A stretch of 64,000 bases of DNA from an uncultured Gammaproteobacteria bacterium (GTDB lineage Bacteria > Pseudomonadota > Gammaproteobacteria > GCA-001735895), in the NCBI GenBank assembly GCA_964196115.1, contig CAXMRQ010000035.1:8149-72148 (forward strand), read 5' to 3'. Shown here piece by piece: positions 1 to 10,345 of the stretch. Position 1 is the first letter of the stretch, and every line of letters starts with the position of its first letter. The notes beneath the pieces were generated by a model that did not search any database, was not told where the DNA came from, and saw only the letters and a list, made by a program, of their open reading frames with translations. Both the position numbers and the translations under genes were made by a program.

Positions 1-390
1 CTTAGGTTTCGCTTTGGTTTTGACTTTGGATTTCGCTGTCGCCTTTACTGCCTTTTTTTCATCCGCTGCTGGTGTGGGGGTTGTATCTTCCACCGAGCTG
101 GCGATGTCCGATATTTCACTGGAAATTTCGGACAGGCCGATATCCTTACCGACATCTCCGACGACTTCTTTTAGGGACTGCAACTCCTGCTGCTGCGCTT
201 CAAACATTTCACGAAGCTCGTCGGCCTTTAATTCGCTTTCGACATCGGCCCGCACATTTGTCATGAAGTTACGTAGTCTGGCAAAATATTTACCGGCCGT
301 ACGCGCAACCCCGGGAAGCTTTTCAGGCCCAATCACGACTAAAGCGACAACACCTATCAGCATCATCTCGGTAAAACCCATATCAAACAT
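1..390 (-). CDS. tatB: Twin-arginine translocase subunit TatB (partial; 3' end lies beyond the window edge)
   Basis: Minus-strand frame is open from ATG (revcomp of 388-390) to position 1. It is absent from the ORF track because no stop lies in the window. Translation starts MFDMGFTEMMLIGVVALVVIGPEKLPGVARTAGKYFARLRNF, the canonical TatB TM plus amphipathic helix. It lies downstream of tatA. Confidence 0.8.
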   Translation of the reverse strand, partial: MFDMGFTEMMLIGVVALVVIGPEKLPGVARTAGKYFARLRNFMTNVRADVESELKADELREMFEAQQQELQSLKEVVGDVGKDIGLSEISSEISDIASSVEDTTPTPAADEKKAVKATAKSKVKTKAKPK

Positions 391-607
391 TAAATAACTC
401 TAATTGGGGACAGGTTGGAAACCAATCATAAAAAAGCACCTTCATTGAATATTTGAGTTCGCAGCATCTGTACAAGACATGATATATGCCGATTTTGCAT
501 CATCGCCTGGATACAACTTATTAGAGACATGCCGACGCAATTGCCGAGCAGTTAAAATCGGCGACGCCGCTATCACGGAAAAAGACGATTATTAATAGTG
601 GCGTCTT

Positions 608-859
608 TTAAGATACCCTGTCTTTTTCTTCAGTCACTTTTTCTTCGGTCACCTTGCCTTCAATTACCGATGGCTCGGCACTCTCAGCTCCCTTGGTGGC
701 TTCTTTCGCGGCTTCTTCGCTCTTTATTGATTTTTTAAAATTCTTAATTGCGCTGCCCAAATCGCCACCCACATTACGCAGTTTTTTCGTACCGAATAAC
801 AGAATCACGATCGCCAGGATTAATAATAACGACCAGATACTAATTCCACCAAAACCCAT
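608..859 (-). CDS. tatA: Twin-arginine translocase subunit TatA
   Basis: 83 aa. [44 protein letters not shown] is the TatA/E signature N-terminus, followed by an acidic/lysine tail. Confidence 0.9.
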   Translation of the reverse strand: MGFGGISIWSLLLILAIVILLFGTKKLRNVGGDLGSAIKNFKKSIKSEEAAKEATKGAESAEPSVIEGKVTEEKVTEEKDRVS

Positions 860-871
860 TTTTCACCTCGT

Positions 872-1192
872 TTACTTTTGTCGCGCCGCTTTTTCATCAA
901 TTCCGGACAATCCGAATCGACGATCCAGTTCATCCAGTACCTGCTGCGCATCTATATTCTGTTGTGCTAACAAAACCAGGCAGTGAAACCAGAGATCAGC
1001 CGTTTCATAAACGATCTGTTCTTTGTCGCCTGTTTTCGCCGCAATAATTGTCTCGGCGGATTCCTCGCCGATTTTTTTTAGTATCGAATCGAGACCCTTG
1101 TAGTACAGGCCAGCGACGTAAGAAGTCTCGGGCTCTGCACCTTTTCTCGATTCTAATACCACCATCAAGCGTTCAATTATATCACTACTCAT
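872..1192 (-). CDS. hisE: Phosphoribosyl-ATP pyrophosphatase
   Basis: 106 aa. [25 protein letters not shown]...[13 protein letters not shown] is a typical HisE (MazG-like) sequence. Overlaps hisI by 4 nt. Confidence 0.9.
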   Translation of the reverse strand: MSSDIIERLMVVLESRKGAEPETSYVAGLYYKGLDSILKKIGEESAETIIAAKTGDKEQIVYETADLWFHCLVLLAQQNIDAQQVLDELDRRFGLSGIDEKAARQK

Positions 1193-1572
1193 TGATAAAT
1201 CTCTTCAGGATTTTTGATTATTTCCTCATCGATTTGCCATTCACCATCATTTAACACCCTGAAAAAGCAACGTCTCCTGCCGGTATGGCAGGCAATGCCG
1301 CCGATCTGTCGCACCTGCAGTAATATGACATCAGCGTCACAATCGATTCGTATCTCCTCTACTTCCTGCTTATGACCTGATTCTTCACCTTTAAACCACA
1401 GTTTCTGGCGTGAGCGAGACCAGTACACCGCCTTGTTGCTTTCCCGAGTCAAAGCCAGCGCCTGGCGATTCATCCAGGCCATCATTAAGATATCGCCGCT
1501 TTCGGTGTCCTGCGCTATCGCTGGCAGTAATCCGTTGTCATTCCATTGCAGGTCATCAAGCCAGCTACTCAT
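1189..1572 (-). CDS. hisI: Phosphoribosyl-AMP cyclohydrolase
   Basis: 127 aa. [23 protein letters not shown]......[33 protein letters not shown] are HisI motifs. Confidence 0.9.
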   Translation of the reverse strand: MSSWLDDLQWNDNGLLPAIAQDTESGDILMMAWMNRQALALTRESNKAVYWSRSRQKLWFKGEESGHKQEVEEIRIDCDADVILLQVRQIGGIACHTGRRRCFFRVLNDGEWQIDEEIIKNPEEIYQ

Positions 1573-2345
1573 TAAAGTCTAACCTCTATACCGCAGCTTT
1601 GCATATAAGTCTTCGCTTCGCTGATGCGATATTCGCCAAAGTGAAATATGCTCGCTGCCAGCACCGCATCCGCCTTGCCCTGTAATATACCATCGGCCAG
1701 GTGTTGCAGGTTACCGACGCCGCCGGAGGCGATCACCGGTACCCGTACTGCCTCTGAAACACGTCGCGTCAGCTCATTGTCAAACCCAATTCGGGTGCCA
1801 TCTCGATCCATACTGGTAAGCAGGATTTCGCCGGCACCAAATTGATCCATTTTTTGCACCCATTCGATGGCGTCGATACCGGTTTGTTTTCGTCCTCCGT
1901 GGGTAAAAATTTCCCAGCGATCTGTTTCACCATACGTGCTCACCTTTTTTGCATCCACTGCAACGACAATACATTGCGATCCAAATTTATCCGACGCCTG
2001 TTTGACGAATTCTGGATTAAATATCGCCGCCGTATTAATGCTCACCTTATCCGCACCGGCATTCAACATTCGACGTATATCGGCTACTTCGCGAATTCCA
2101 CCGCCCACAGTTAGCGGGATAAACACTTCGCTGGCTACATCTTCTACCACATGCACCATGGTTTCACGATCATCCGAACTGGCAGTGATATCGAGAAATG
2201 TCAATTCATCTGCACCTTCCAGATTGTAACGCCGCGCATTCTCGACTGGATCACCGGCATCACGAATTTCGACAAATTTCACGCCTTTTACAACGCGACC
2301 GTTATCGACATCCAGACAGGGGATAATACGTTTAGCCAGGGGCAT
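1572..2345 (-). CDS. hisF: Imidazole glycerol phosphate synthase cyclase subunit
   Basis: 257 aa. [16 protein letters not shown]...[10 protein letters not shown]...[13 protein letters not shown] is a full-length HisF match by eye. Confidence 0.95.
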   Translation of the reverse strand: MPLAKRIIPCLDVDNGRVVKGVKFVEIRDAGDPVENARRYNLEGADELTFLDITASSDDRETMVHVVEDVASEVFIPLTVGGGIREVADIRRMLNAGADKVSINTAAIFNPEFVKQASDKFGSQCIVVAVDAKKVSTYGETDRWEIFTHGGRKQTGIDAIEWVQKMDQFGAGEILLTSMDRDGTRIGFDNELTRRVSEAVRVPVIASGGVGNLQHLADGILQGKADAVLAASIFHFGEYRISEAKTYMQSCGIEVRL

Positions 2346-2356
2346 CAGATGAGGGC

Positions 2357-2523
2357 TAGCTCGGAAATTTCATAAATATGCGTGAAGATCGCGCAGTATA
2401 TTGATTTCACAAGGAAATTTCTGATGGAGTCTCCTATCAGTGATTACGAGCGACTGAAGAAATATTTCTTGTGGAATCAATAGACAAGTGAGGTTGTGCA
2501 TGATTTATGAATTTTCCGGGCTA
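2357..2523. repeat. 167-bp palindromic MITE-like intergenic element, family 1, copy A
   Basis: Termini TAGCTCGGAAATTTCATAAAT ... ATTTATGAATTTTCCGGGCTA are inverted repeats, and the interior is also an imperfect palindrome (ATTGATTTCACAAGGAAAT / ATTTCTTGTGGAATCAAT). About 90% identical by eye, without indels, to 10179-10345. Its last 3 nt are the hisA stop codon (TAG on the minus strand). Confidence 0.8.
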
Positions 2524-3252
2524 ATGTTCGTCGATGTAACGCTGCGCCTCTACCAGGCTGACAGTACGTTCGTATAAAGCCCGGCCGATGATGACGCCCT
2601 CGATGCCTGCGTGTTTGACACTGTTCAAATTTATTATGTCCTGCATATCGGTTACGCCACCGGAAGCAATCACTGGAATACTAATTGATTCGGCTAATGA
2701 ACGCGTGGCTTCCAGGTTAACACCCTGCATCATGCCATCACGACTGATATCAGTATATACGATCGCAGCCACACCCTGATCCTCGAATCGCTGCGCCAGA
2801 TGCGTGACCGAGTGGTCCGAATCTTCCGCCCATCCCTGCACGGCAGCCATACCATTTTTTGCATCGATGCCGATAATAACCTTGCCCGGGAATTCGGCAC
2901 ATAACTCGGTGACAAACTCGGGTTTTTTAACTGCCTGTGTGCCGATAATGACATAACTGACACCCGCAGCCAGATATGCCTCTACGGTTTCCACGGTGCG
3001 GATGCCACCGCCAATCTGAATCGGCATATCAGGATAGGCCGCCGCAATCTCTTCGATTACATCGGCATTCACCGGGTTCCCTTCAAAAGCACCATCCAGG
3101 TCGACCAGATGTAGTCGCTGACAACCCTGTGAAACCCACTTTCCGGCCATTGCCACGGGGTCTTCTGAGAAAACCGTACTATCTTCCATTCGGCCCTGGC
3201 GTAATCGCACGCAATGTCCCTGTTTCAAATCTATTGCAGGAATCAGTATCAC
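2521..3252 (-). CDS. hisA: 1-(5-phosphoribosyl)-5-[(5-phosphoribosylamino)methylideneamino]imidazole-4-carboxamide isomerase
   Basis: The track ORF 2521-3324 has a 5' extension overlapping hisH. HisA homology begins at [21 protein letters not shown] at 3250-3252 (minus) overlaps the hisH stop as GTGA, which I take as the real start. Confidence 0.85.
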   Translation of the reverse strand: MILIPAIDLKQGHCVRLRQGRMEDSTVFSEDPVAMAGKWVSQGCQRLHLVDLDGAFEGNPVNADVIEEIAAAYPDMPIQIGGGIRTVETVEAYLAAGVSYVIIGTQAVKKPEFVTELCAEFPGKVIIGIDAKNGMAAVQGWAEDSDHSVTHLAQRFEDQGVAAIVYTDISRDGMMQGVNLEATRSLAESISIPVIASGGVTDMQDIINLNSVKHAGIEGVIIGRALYERTVSLVEAQRYIDEH

Positions 3253-3896
3253 GACTGGCCATCCCAATTGACAAAGTTTGACAACAGCTGTAGTCCAGCC
3301 CCGGCGCTTTTTTCCGGATGACATTGCAGCGCAAAAACGTTATCTCTGGCAATGGCACTAGTAAAGCTAAAGCCGTATTCACATTCGCCCGCTACCAGTT
3401 TTTCGTCGCTAGATTCGAGATAATAACTGTGCACAAAATAAAAGCGCTCACCATCGTCGATCGCATTCCACAAAGGATGCTGGCTGGATTGATACAATTG
3501 ATTCCAACCCATATGAGGCACTTTCAATTTTTCGTCGTCAGCGCCATGATGATGGTCACCGAAATAGTGAACCTTCCCGGGGTAAAATCCGAGGCAATCA
3601 GTACCCTGATTTTCCTCACTATGTTCGACCAGAACCTGCATGCCCATGCAAATACCCAGGAACGGTTTATTTCTGGCTGCTTCGAGTATGGTTTCACGTA
3701 GCGCGTATTCGTCGATAGCGCGCATACAATCGGCAGCAGCCCCCTGCCCGGGAAATACCACCCGATCTGCCTGCCTTACACGCTTCGGATCCGAAGTCAG
3801 TTCAACCTTGCCATTGCTATCAACCACATGCTCCAGTGCCTTGACTACTGATCGCAGATTACCCATGCCGTAATCAATTACCGCGATGCTCTGCAT
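3249..3896 (-). CDS. hisH: Imidazole glycerol phosphate synthase glutamine amidotransferase subunit
   Basis: 215 aa. [37 protein letters not shown] are class-I GATase/HisH motifs. Confidence 0.95.
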   Translation of the reverse strand: MQSIAVIDYGMGNLRSVVKALEHVVDSNGKVELTSDPKRVRQADRVVFPGQGAAADCMRAIDEYALRETILEAARNKPFLGICMGMQVLVEHSEENQGTDCLGFYPGKVHYFGDHHHGADDEKLKVPHMGWNQLYQSSQHPLWNAIDDGERFYFVHSYYLESSDEKLVAGECEYGFSFTSAIARDNVFALQCHPEKSAGAGLQLLSNFVNWDGQS

Positions 3897-3899
3897 AAT

Positions 3900-4493
3900 C
3901 TATAACAAACCTTTGGTCGAAGGAATCATCCCGGCCATGCGCTCGTCGCGGGATACTGCAACACGTAGCGCGCGCCCAAAAGCCTTAAATACAGTCTCAG
4001 CAATATGATGGGCATTTTTTCCATGCAGGTTATCAATATGCAGAGTTGCCGGCGCATGGTTGGCGAATCCCTGAAAGAACTCATGAATTAAATCGACATC
4101 GAACGTGCCAATACGGGCACGCGGATATTCAACGCGGTATTCGATCCCGGGTCGACCGGAAAAATCGATTACAACTCGTGACAGGGCCTCATCTAAAGGA
4201 ACATAAGCATGCCCATAGCGCATGATGCCTTTTTTGTCGGCCAGAGCCTGATTAAACGCCTGACCCAGCAAAATTCCGATATCCTCGACCGTGTGATGAT
4301 CATCAATGTGTAAGTCACCACTGGCCTTGATATCAAGATCGACGAGTCCATGGCGGGCTATTTGATCAAGCATATGGTCGAGAAATGGAATCCCGGTTTC
4401 AAAACTGGACTGGCCGTTGCCATCCAGATTAATAGAAACGCTGATTTGAGTTTCCAGTGTATCTCTGCTGACTGTGGCAACGCGATCTGGCAT
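3900..4493 (-). CDS. hisB: Imidazoleglycerol-phosphate dehydratase
   Basis: 197 aa. R.T.ET.I.V.INLDG, TGI.FLDHML.QI..HG..DL...[16 protein letters not shown] and HH..E..FKA.. are IGPD signatures. Confidence 0.95.
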   Translation of the reverse strand: MPDRVATVSRDTLETQISVSINLDGNGQSSFETGIPFLDHMLDQIARHGLVDLDIKASGDLHIDDHHTVEDIGILLGQAFNQALADKKGIMRYGHAYVPLDEALSRVVIDFSGRPGIEYRVEYPRARIGTFDVDLIHEFFQGFANHAPATLHIDNLHGKNAHHIAETVFKAFGRALRVAVSRDERMAGMIPSTKGLL

Positions 4494-4616
4494 GAGCTTT
4501 AGGTTCTTAAGTTAATCTGAAAAGGATAGTGATAATAATCGACCCGCTAACGAAATTCGACCTTTTAAAAAATAATTTTGCGAGCCTAATGAGTGGCAGG
4601 CCTTATGTATTGGCAT

Positions 4617-5047
4617 TTAGTCGAGAATAAACGTCACCGGCCCGTCATTGATCAGATGAACAGCCATATCGGCGCCGAATCGACCGCATTCTACCGCTGG
4701 ATAACTACTTCGAGCAAGGTTTGCCATCGACCGAAAAACCGACTCGCCGATATTTGGAGCTGCCGCCGAAGTAAAACTCGGTCGACGACCTTTGCCGGTA
4801 TTAGCAGCCAGGGTAAATTGTGGCACCAGCAACAATCCGCCGTTAATATCAACTAGCGAAAGATTCATTTTGCCCTGTTGGTCGGAGAACAGACGGTAAT
4901 TGATAATACGTGAAATGAAATGCTCAGCGGTGATTTTGTCGTCTTCAGCCTGTACACCGATAAAAGCCAGAATTCCCTGGTCAATACTTGCAACGCACTC
5001 ACCTGAAATTTCGACTTTTGCCTCGCTGACGCGCTGTAGCAATACAA

Positions 5048-5051
<4 letters not shown>
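4617..5051 (-). CDS. dtd: D-aminoacyl-tRNA deacylase
   Basis: 144 aa. MIVLLQRVSEAKVEI.G......I..GILAF.GV and a C-terminal NDGPVTFILD are Dtd hallmarks. Confidence 0.9.
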
Positions 5052-5992
<941 letters not shown>

Positions 5993-6059
5993 ATATAGTT
6001 AAATTTTCAGGTTAATTTAGTACAATTTAGCACAGAGAAATACGAAAAAAGCTTAAAGA

Positions 6060-6077
6060 TGTAAGAATTCGCCTACA
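6060..6077 (+). promoter_or_regulatory. GacA/UvrY-type upstream activating box (TGTAAG-N6-CCTACA)
   Basis: TGTAAGAATTCGCCTACA matches the palindromic consensus TGTAAG-N6-CTTACA found upstream of rsmX/Y/Z and csrB/C at 11 of 12 conserved positions. It lies ~90 nt upstream of a TATACT -10-like hexamer (6147-6152). Confidence 0.6.
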
Positions 6078-6157
6078 TTTTAAGACATGCTCTACTGACA
6101 TCAATTAAGTCTTGATTCGATATCAAACAGATCGCTGGCGTGACAGTATACTACCAC

Positions 6158-6429
6158 GAGCTAAGGACAGATCGCCAAGAAGGAAAAACGGTTAAATGTG
6201 CAGGAAAGCACGTTCAAGGATGGAAGAGCCAGGAAGGCTGTTCAAGGACGAATTACAGGGATGTTGATTTAAGGACGATTTAAACGGATTTAGGCTCAGG
6301 GACGAAATCACAGGGATGTGTAATCGAGGACGGTTTTAAAAGGATTTAGTTTCAAGGATGAAATGGAAGGAAATTTCTCCACCAGTATTACCCCGTAGCC
6401 CTGATCAAGGATTGATTGGGGCTTTTTTT
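6158..6429 (+). ncRNA. Csr/Rsm-family CsrA(RsmA)-sequestering small RNA (CsrB/RsmZ-like); 5' end approximate
   Basis: ORF-free gap between pip and ttcA. About 18 GGA triplets lie between 6165 and 6411, many in ACAGGGATG / CAAGGATG / CAAGGACG contexts resembling the CsrA binding consensus. It ends in a hairpin with GGA in the loop plus T7. A GacA-type box lies upstream. Confidence 0.7.
6397..6429 (+). terminator. Rho-independent terminator of the Csr/Rsm-like sRNA
   Basis: AGCCCTGATCAA-GGA-TTGATTGGGGCT forms a 12-bp stem (two G-U pairs) with a GGA loop, followed by TTTTTTT (6423-6429). Confidence 0.7.
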
Positions 6430-6439
6430 GGGGGGGGGG

Positions 6440-7297
6440 TTAACCCCGCAAAGCAACATCCACATCAAATGCGATATCCAGCTCCCTTAACTTATTTGCA
6501 TCATTTACGGTCAAATTTTCGAAATCGAATAATTCCCTATCAAGTAAATGTGAGGGGGTTACCCGACTTAAAGCATTGAATATATTTTGCACTCTTCCAG
6601 GGTACTGCTGATCCCACTCTGCCAACAAGGCTTTCACTGACTGGCGCTGCAAATTCTTCTGCGATCCGCATAGATTGCAGGGTATGATTGGAAATTCCCT
6701 CAATTCTGAATATTGCTTAATCAATCGCTCACGGACATAAGCCAGCGGGCGAATGACTACGTTTCTTTTATCATCACTGACCAGTTTTGCCGGCATCGAC
6801 TTAAGCCGACCGTTATAAAACATATTTAAAAAAGCGGTTTCTACCATGTCGTCCGCGTGATGTCCCAAAGCAATTTTGCTGGCGCCGATTTTTCCTGCGG
6901 TTTTATAAAGTACGCCGCGTCGTAGTCGTGAACACAGTGAACAGGTTGTTTTGCCTTCGGGAATTAGATTTTTCACAATACTGTAGGTATCTTCTTCGAC
7001 GATGTGATAGTCGATGCCGATCGATTGCAGATATGTCGGCAATACGTCTTCTGGAAAGCCCGGTTGCTTCTGGTCCAGGTTGACCGCGATCAGTTTAAAT
7101 TGGATCGGAGCAGCCTGCTGCAAACCGATTAGCATTTCGAGCATCGTATAACTATCTGCACCGCCCGACAGGCAAACCATAATGACATCACCTTGCTCGA
7201 TCATCTTAAAATCAGCCACTGCGCGACCGACCTGCGAGCGGATTTTGCGATATAACTTATCGCAAGCCGAGGGCATCGAATCCTGTCTATTTTTCAT
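6440..7297 (-). CDS. ttcA: tRNA 2-thiocytidine(32) synthetase
   Basis: 285 aa. Has the PP-loop SGGADS and the [10 protein letters not shown] and PCNLCGSQ cysteine motifs typical of TtcA. Confidence 0.85.
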   Translation of the reverse strand: MKNRQDSMPSACDKLYRKIRSQVGRAVADFKMIEQGDVIMVCLSGGADSYTMLEMLIGLQQAAPIQFKLIAVNLDQKQPGFPEDVLPTYLQSIGIDYHIVEEDTYSIVKNLIPEGKTTCSLCSRLRRGVLYKTAGKIGASKIALGHHADDMVETAFLNMFYNGRLKSMPAKLVSDDKRNVVIRPLAYVRERLIKQYSELREFPIIPCNLCGSQKNLQRQSVKALLAEWDQQYPGRVQNIFNALSRVTPSHLLDRELFDFENLTVNDANKLRELDIAFDVDVALRG

Positions 7298-7304
7298 AAC
7301 TGGT

Positions 7305-8756
7305 TTACTTTCTCCAGAAAGCGGGCGTAAAAAGCACTAGCAAAGTGAATATCTCAAGCCTGCCAAGCAACATAGCCAGCACCAATATCCACTTTGAAAC
7401 ATCGTTAATCGACGCGAAGTTCTGACCGACATCCCCCAGCCCCGGACCCAGGTTGTTAAGGCAGGCCGCCACTGCTGAAAATGCAGTCTCCTGATCAAGA
7501 CCAGTGGCCATCAGCGCTAAAATCATCAGCGCCGAAATGGCGAAATAGGCAGCGAAAAAACCCCAGACCGCCTCGATAACGTTTTCTGGCAGGGGTTTTT
7601 GTCCAATCTTTACCACTATTTGCGCATTGGGATGAATCAGGCGTTTTAACTCTCTCGCGCCCTGCTTTACCAGCAACAGAATCCGGATTACCTTAATTCC
7701 ACCCCCGGTCGAACCCGAGCAACCGCCAATAAAACTAACATATATTAGTAATACCGGCAAAAATCCAGGCCAGGTGTAATATTCGGCCGTGGTAAACCCG
7801 GTGGTAGTGCCGATCGAAACCACCTGGAACAGGCCTTCGACAATCGACTCGGCCGTGGAAGAAAAAGTCTTGGTCAGCTGTAAATAACCAATCGTGACGA
7901 TACTGACTACCGCTAACACCAGGGCATAGGTTCTGAATTCGGCATCACGCTGATAAGGCCTCAGTGATCGCCGCCGTATCGCCGTGAAGTGAATCGCAAA
8001 ATTGACGCCTGAAAGTAACATGAATACTACCGCAATTAATTCGATCGCAGTGCTATCAAAAAAACCAATGCTCGCATCATGGGTTGAGAAACCACCAATC
8101 GCAACTGTAGAAAACGCGTGTGCGATCGCATCAAACAGGGTCATCCCGGCAAACCAGTAAGCCAGCGCGCAACTGATTGTCAAACCCAGGTAGATATACC
8201 ATAAAGCCTTCGCGGTTTCGGTAATACGCGGTGTCAGCTTGTTATCCTTGACCGGCCCCGGAGTTTCCGCACGGTATAACTGCATGCCACCAATGCCTAA
8301 CATCGGTAATACGGCAACAGCGAGAACTATGATGCCCATGCCGCCGAGCCACTGCAATTCCTGGCGATAAAACAGTAACGCATGCGGCAACTGATCAATA
8401 TTGGTTATCACCGTAGCGCCGGTTGTGGTGAGTCCTGAAATCGATTCAAACACCGCATCGGTGACTGAAATTCCATTAAACCCCGATAAATATAAAGGCA
8501 GGCCACCAGCAATTCCGAGTACGCTCCAAAATAACACAACAACCAGGAAACCATCGCGCAAACGTAGTTCTTTTTTCTGATTATAAACCGGCAAATAAAG
8601 TAAAAACCCGAACACCAGGATAAGCACAAATGCTTCGAAAAATGGCACTACCGCGCCATCCGCGTAATAGATACCGACGAATAATGGTGGCAGCAAGCTA
8701 CTGCTGAAAATCATCAACAATAAACCGAGAATGCGCTGTATTACCAACAATTGCAT
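7305..8756 (-). CDS. trkH: Trk-type potassium uptake membrane subunit
   Basis: 483 aa polytopic protein with repeated selectivity-filter-like GLTTTGAT / TVAIGGFS / IGTTTGFT / [12 protein letters not shown] motifs. Confidence 0.9.
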   Translation of the reverse strand: MQLLVIQRILGLLLMIFSSSLLPPLFVGIYYADGAVVPFFEAFVLILVFGFLLYLPVYNQKKELRLRDGFLVVVLFWSVLGIAGGLPLYLSGFNGISVTDAVFESISGLTTTGATVITNIDQLPHALLFYRQELQWLGGMGIIVLAVAVLPMLGIGGMQLYRAETPGPVKDNKLTPRITETAKALWYIYLGLTISCALAYWFAGMTLFDAIAHAFSTVAIGGFSTHDASIGFFDSTAIELIAVVFMLLSGVNFAIHFTAIRRRSLRPYQRDAEFRTYALVLAVVSIVTIGYLQLTKTFSSTAESIVEGLFQVVSIGTTTGFTTAEYYTWPGFLPVLLIYVSFIGGCSGSTGGGIKVIRILLLVKQGARELKRLIHPNAQIVVKIGQKPLPENVIEAVWGFFAAYFAISALMILALMATGLDQETAFSAVAACLNNLGPGLGDVGQNFASINDVSKWILVLAMLLGRLEIFTLLVLFTPAFWRK

Positions 8757-8789
8757 AGTTGACGGACGTCCTGGGAATCAGCTTGATTG

Positions 8790-10166
8790 TTAAAAATAAG
8801 TAAAACCGACCTGAAACAATCGCTCAACATCGGAAATTTTCTTTTTGTCGGTCAAAAAAAGAATGACATGGTCTTCTGATTCGATCACCGTATCATGATG
8901 CGCGATAATTACCTGTTCACCCCGCACGATTGCGCTAATCGTGGTGCCAGCTGGTAGCTTGATCTGTTCAATCGTACGCCCAATTACTTTCGACGAATCC
9001 TTGTCGCCATGCGCGATAGCTTCGATAGCCTCTGCCGAACCGCGCCGCAACGCGTGCACAGCCACCACATCACCCCGGCGGATATGGGCGAGTAGGGCCC
9101 CCATCGTCACCTGATGCGGCGAAATAGCTATGTCAATTAGTCCACTTTCCACCAAATCGACATAAGCTGAGCGGTTAATGAGTGACATTACTTTCTTCGC
9201 GCCCATGCGTTTCGCCAGCATCGACGATAATATGTTGGCTTCATCATCATTGGTTAGCGCGCAAAATACGTCCATGCATTCGATGTTTTCCTCGATTAAC
9301 AGGTCAGGGTTTGCAGCATCGCCTAGCAACACGATCGAGGAATCCAGTATTCCGGACAATTGCCTGGCTCTGGCAGGGTTAGTCTCGATAATTTTAACCT
9401 GGTAATCTTTTTCCAGCAGCGATGCTAATTCCCCACCAATATTACCGCCGCCAGCCAGCATCACACGTTTGATCGGTTTGTCGAGTTTTCGCAATTCACC
9501 AATTACCGTTGGAATATGTTTTCGGGCAGCAATAAAAAACACTTCGTCATCCGCTTTGACAATACATTCCGCCGTACAGGAAATCGGTTCCCCCTCGCGG
9601 AAGATGGCGGCAACTCTCATATCCACACCGGGTACATGCTGTCTCATCGTTTTTAGCGCATGTCCAACCAGAGGACCGTTGTCGTAGGCTTTCACGGCGA
9701 CCAACTGAACTTTGCCACCCGCAAAATCAAGAACTTGCAAAGCACTAGGGTGTTCAATTAAATGATAGAGATATTCGGTGACGAGCGATTCGGGGCTGAT
9801 CATCACGTCAACCGGAATCGATTCCGGTGCAAACAATCCAGGTCTGCGCAAATATTCTACCGAGCGAATACGTGCAATTTTGGTGGGTGTATGGAATAGC
9901 GATGATGCGATCTGGCAGGCTATCATGTTAATTTCGTCGCTATTGGTGAGCGCGATCAACATATCCGCGTCATCAGCCCCGGCTGACTCGAGCATATTCG
10001 GATAAGACCCATTACCGCAAATGGTACGCAAATCGAGACGATCCTGTAGATCCGATAAAATTCCCTGATCGATATCGATGACCGTTATTTCGTTGCTTTC
10101 TTCCCTGGCAAGCTCAGTCGCAACACTCGAACCGACCTGGCCGGCGCCTAAAATAATAATGTTCAT
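8790..10166 (-). CDS. trkA: Trk system potassium uptake protein TrkA (two RCK/NAD-binding modules)
   Basis: 458 aa. [16 protein letters not shown] and a second [13 protein letters not shown] Rossmann motif give the duplicated TrkA-N/TrkA-C architecture. Confidence 0.9.
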   Translation of the reverse strand: MNIIILGAGQVGSSVATELAREESNEITVIDIDQGILSDLQDRLDLRTICGNGSYPNMLESAGADDADMLIALTNSDEINMIACQIASSLFHTPTKIARIRSVEYLRRPGLFAPESIPVDVMISPESLVTEYLYHLIEHPSALQVLDFAGGKVQLVAVKAYDNGPLVGHALKTMRQHVPGVDMRVAAIFREGEPISCTAECIVKADDEVFFIAARKHIPTVIGELRKLDKPIKRVMLAGGGNIGGELASLLEKDYQVKIIETNPARARQLSGILDSSIVLLGDAANPDLLIEENIECMDVFCALTNDDEANILSSMLAKRMGAKKVMSLINRSAYVDLVESGLIDIAISPHQVTMGALLAHIRRGDVVAVHALRRGSAEAIEAIAHGDKDSSKVIGRTIEQIKLPAGTTISAIVRGEQVIIAHHDTVIESEDHVILFLTDKKKISDVERLFQVGFTYF

Positions 10167-10178
10167 TTATGTGATGTC

Positions 10179-10345
10179 TAGCCCGGAAATTTCATAAATC
10201 TGCGCGAAGATCGCGCAGTATATTGATTTCACAAGGAAATATCCGAAGAAGTCTCGTATCAATGATTCCGAGCGACTGAGGAACTATTTCTTGTGGAATC
10301 AATAGGCCAGTGAGATTGTGCATAATTTATGAATTTTCCGGGCTA
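10179..10345. repeat. 167-bp palindromic MITE-like intergenic element, family 1, copy B
   Basis: TAGCCCGGAAATTTCATAAAT ... ATTTATGAATTTTCCGGGCTA. Same length and orientation as 2357-2523, ~90% identical by eye. Its last 3 nt are the TAG stop (minus strand) of the response-regulator gene. Confidence 0.8.

Noticed and set aside
14-397. 127-aa + strand ORF at the window start
   Set aside because: It is antisense to a clear TatB reading frame, and its translation is low-complexity (S/A/T-rich) with no recognisable motif. I treat it as a shadow ORF.
6358-6579. 73-aa + strand ORF spanning the sRNA 3' end and the ttcA 3' end
   Set aside because: It runs through the terminator hairpin, the T7/G10 tracts and antisense ttcA, and it has no SD. 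The region is better explained by the Csr/Rsm-like sRNA.
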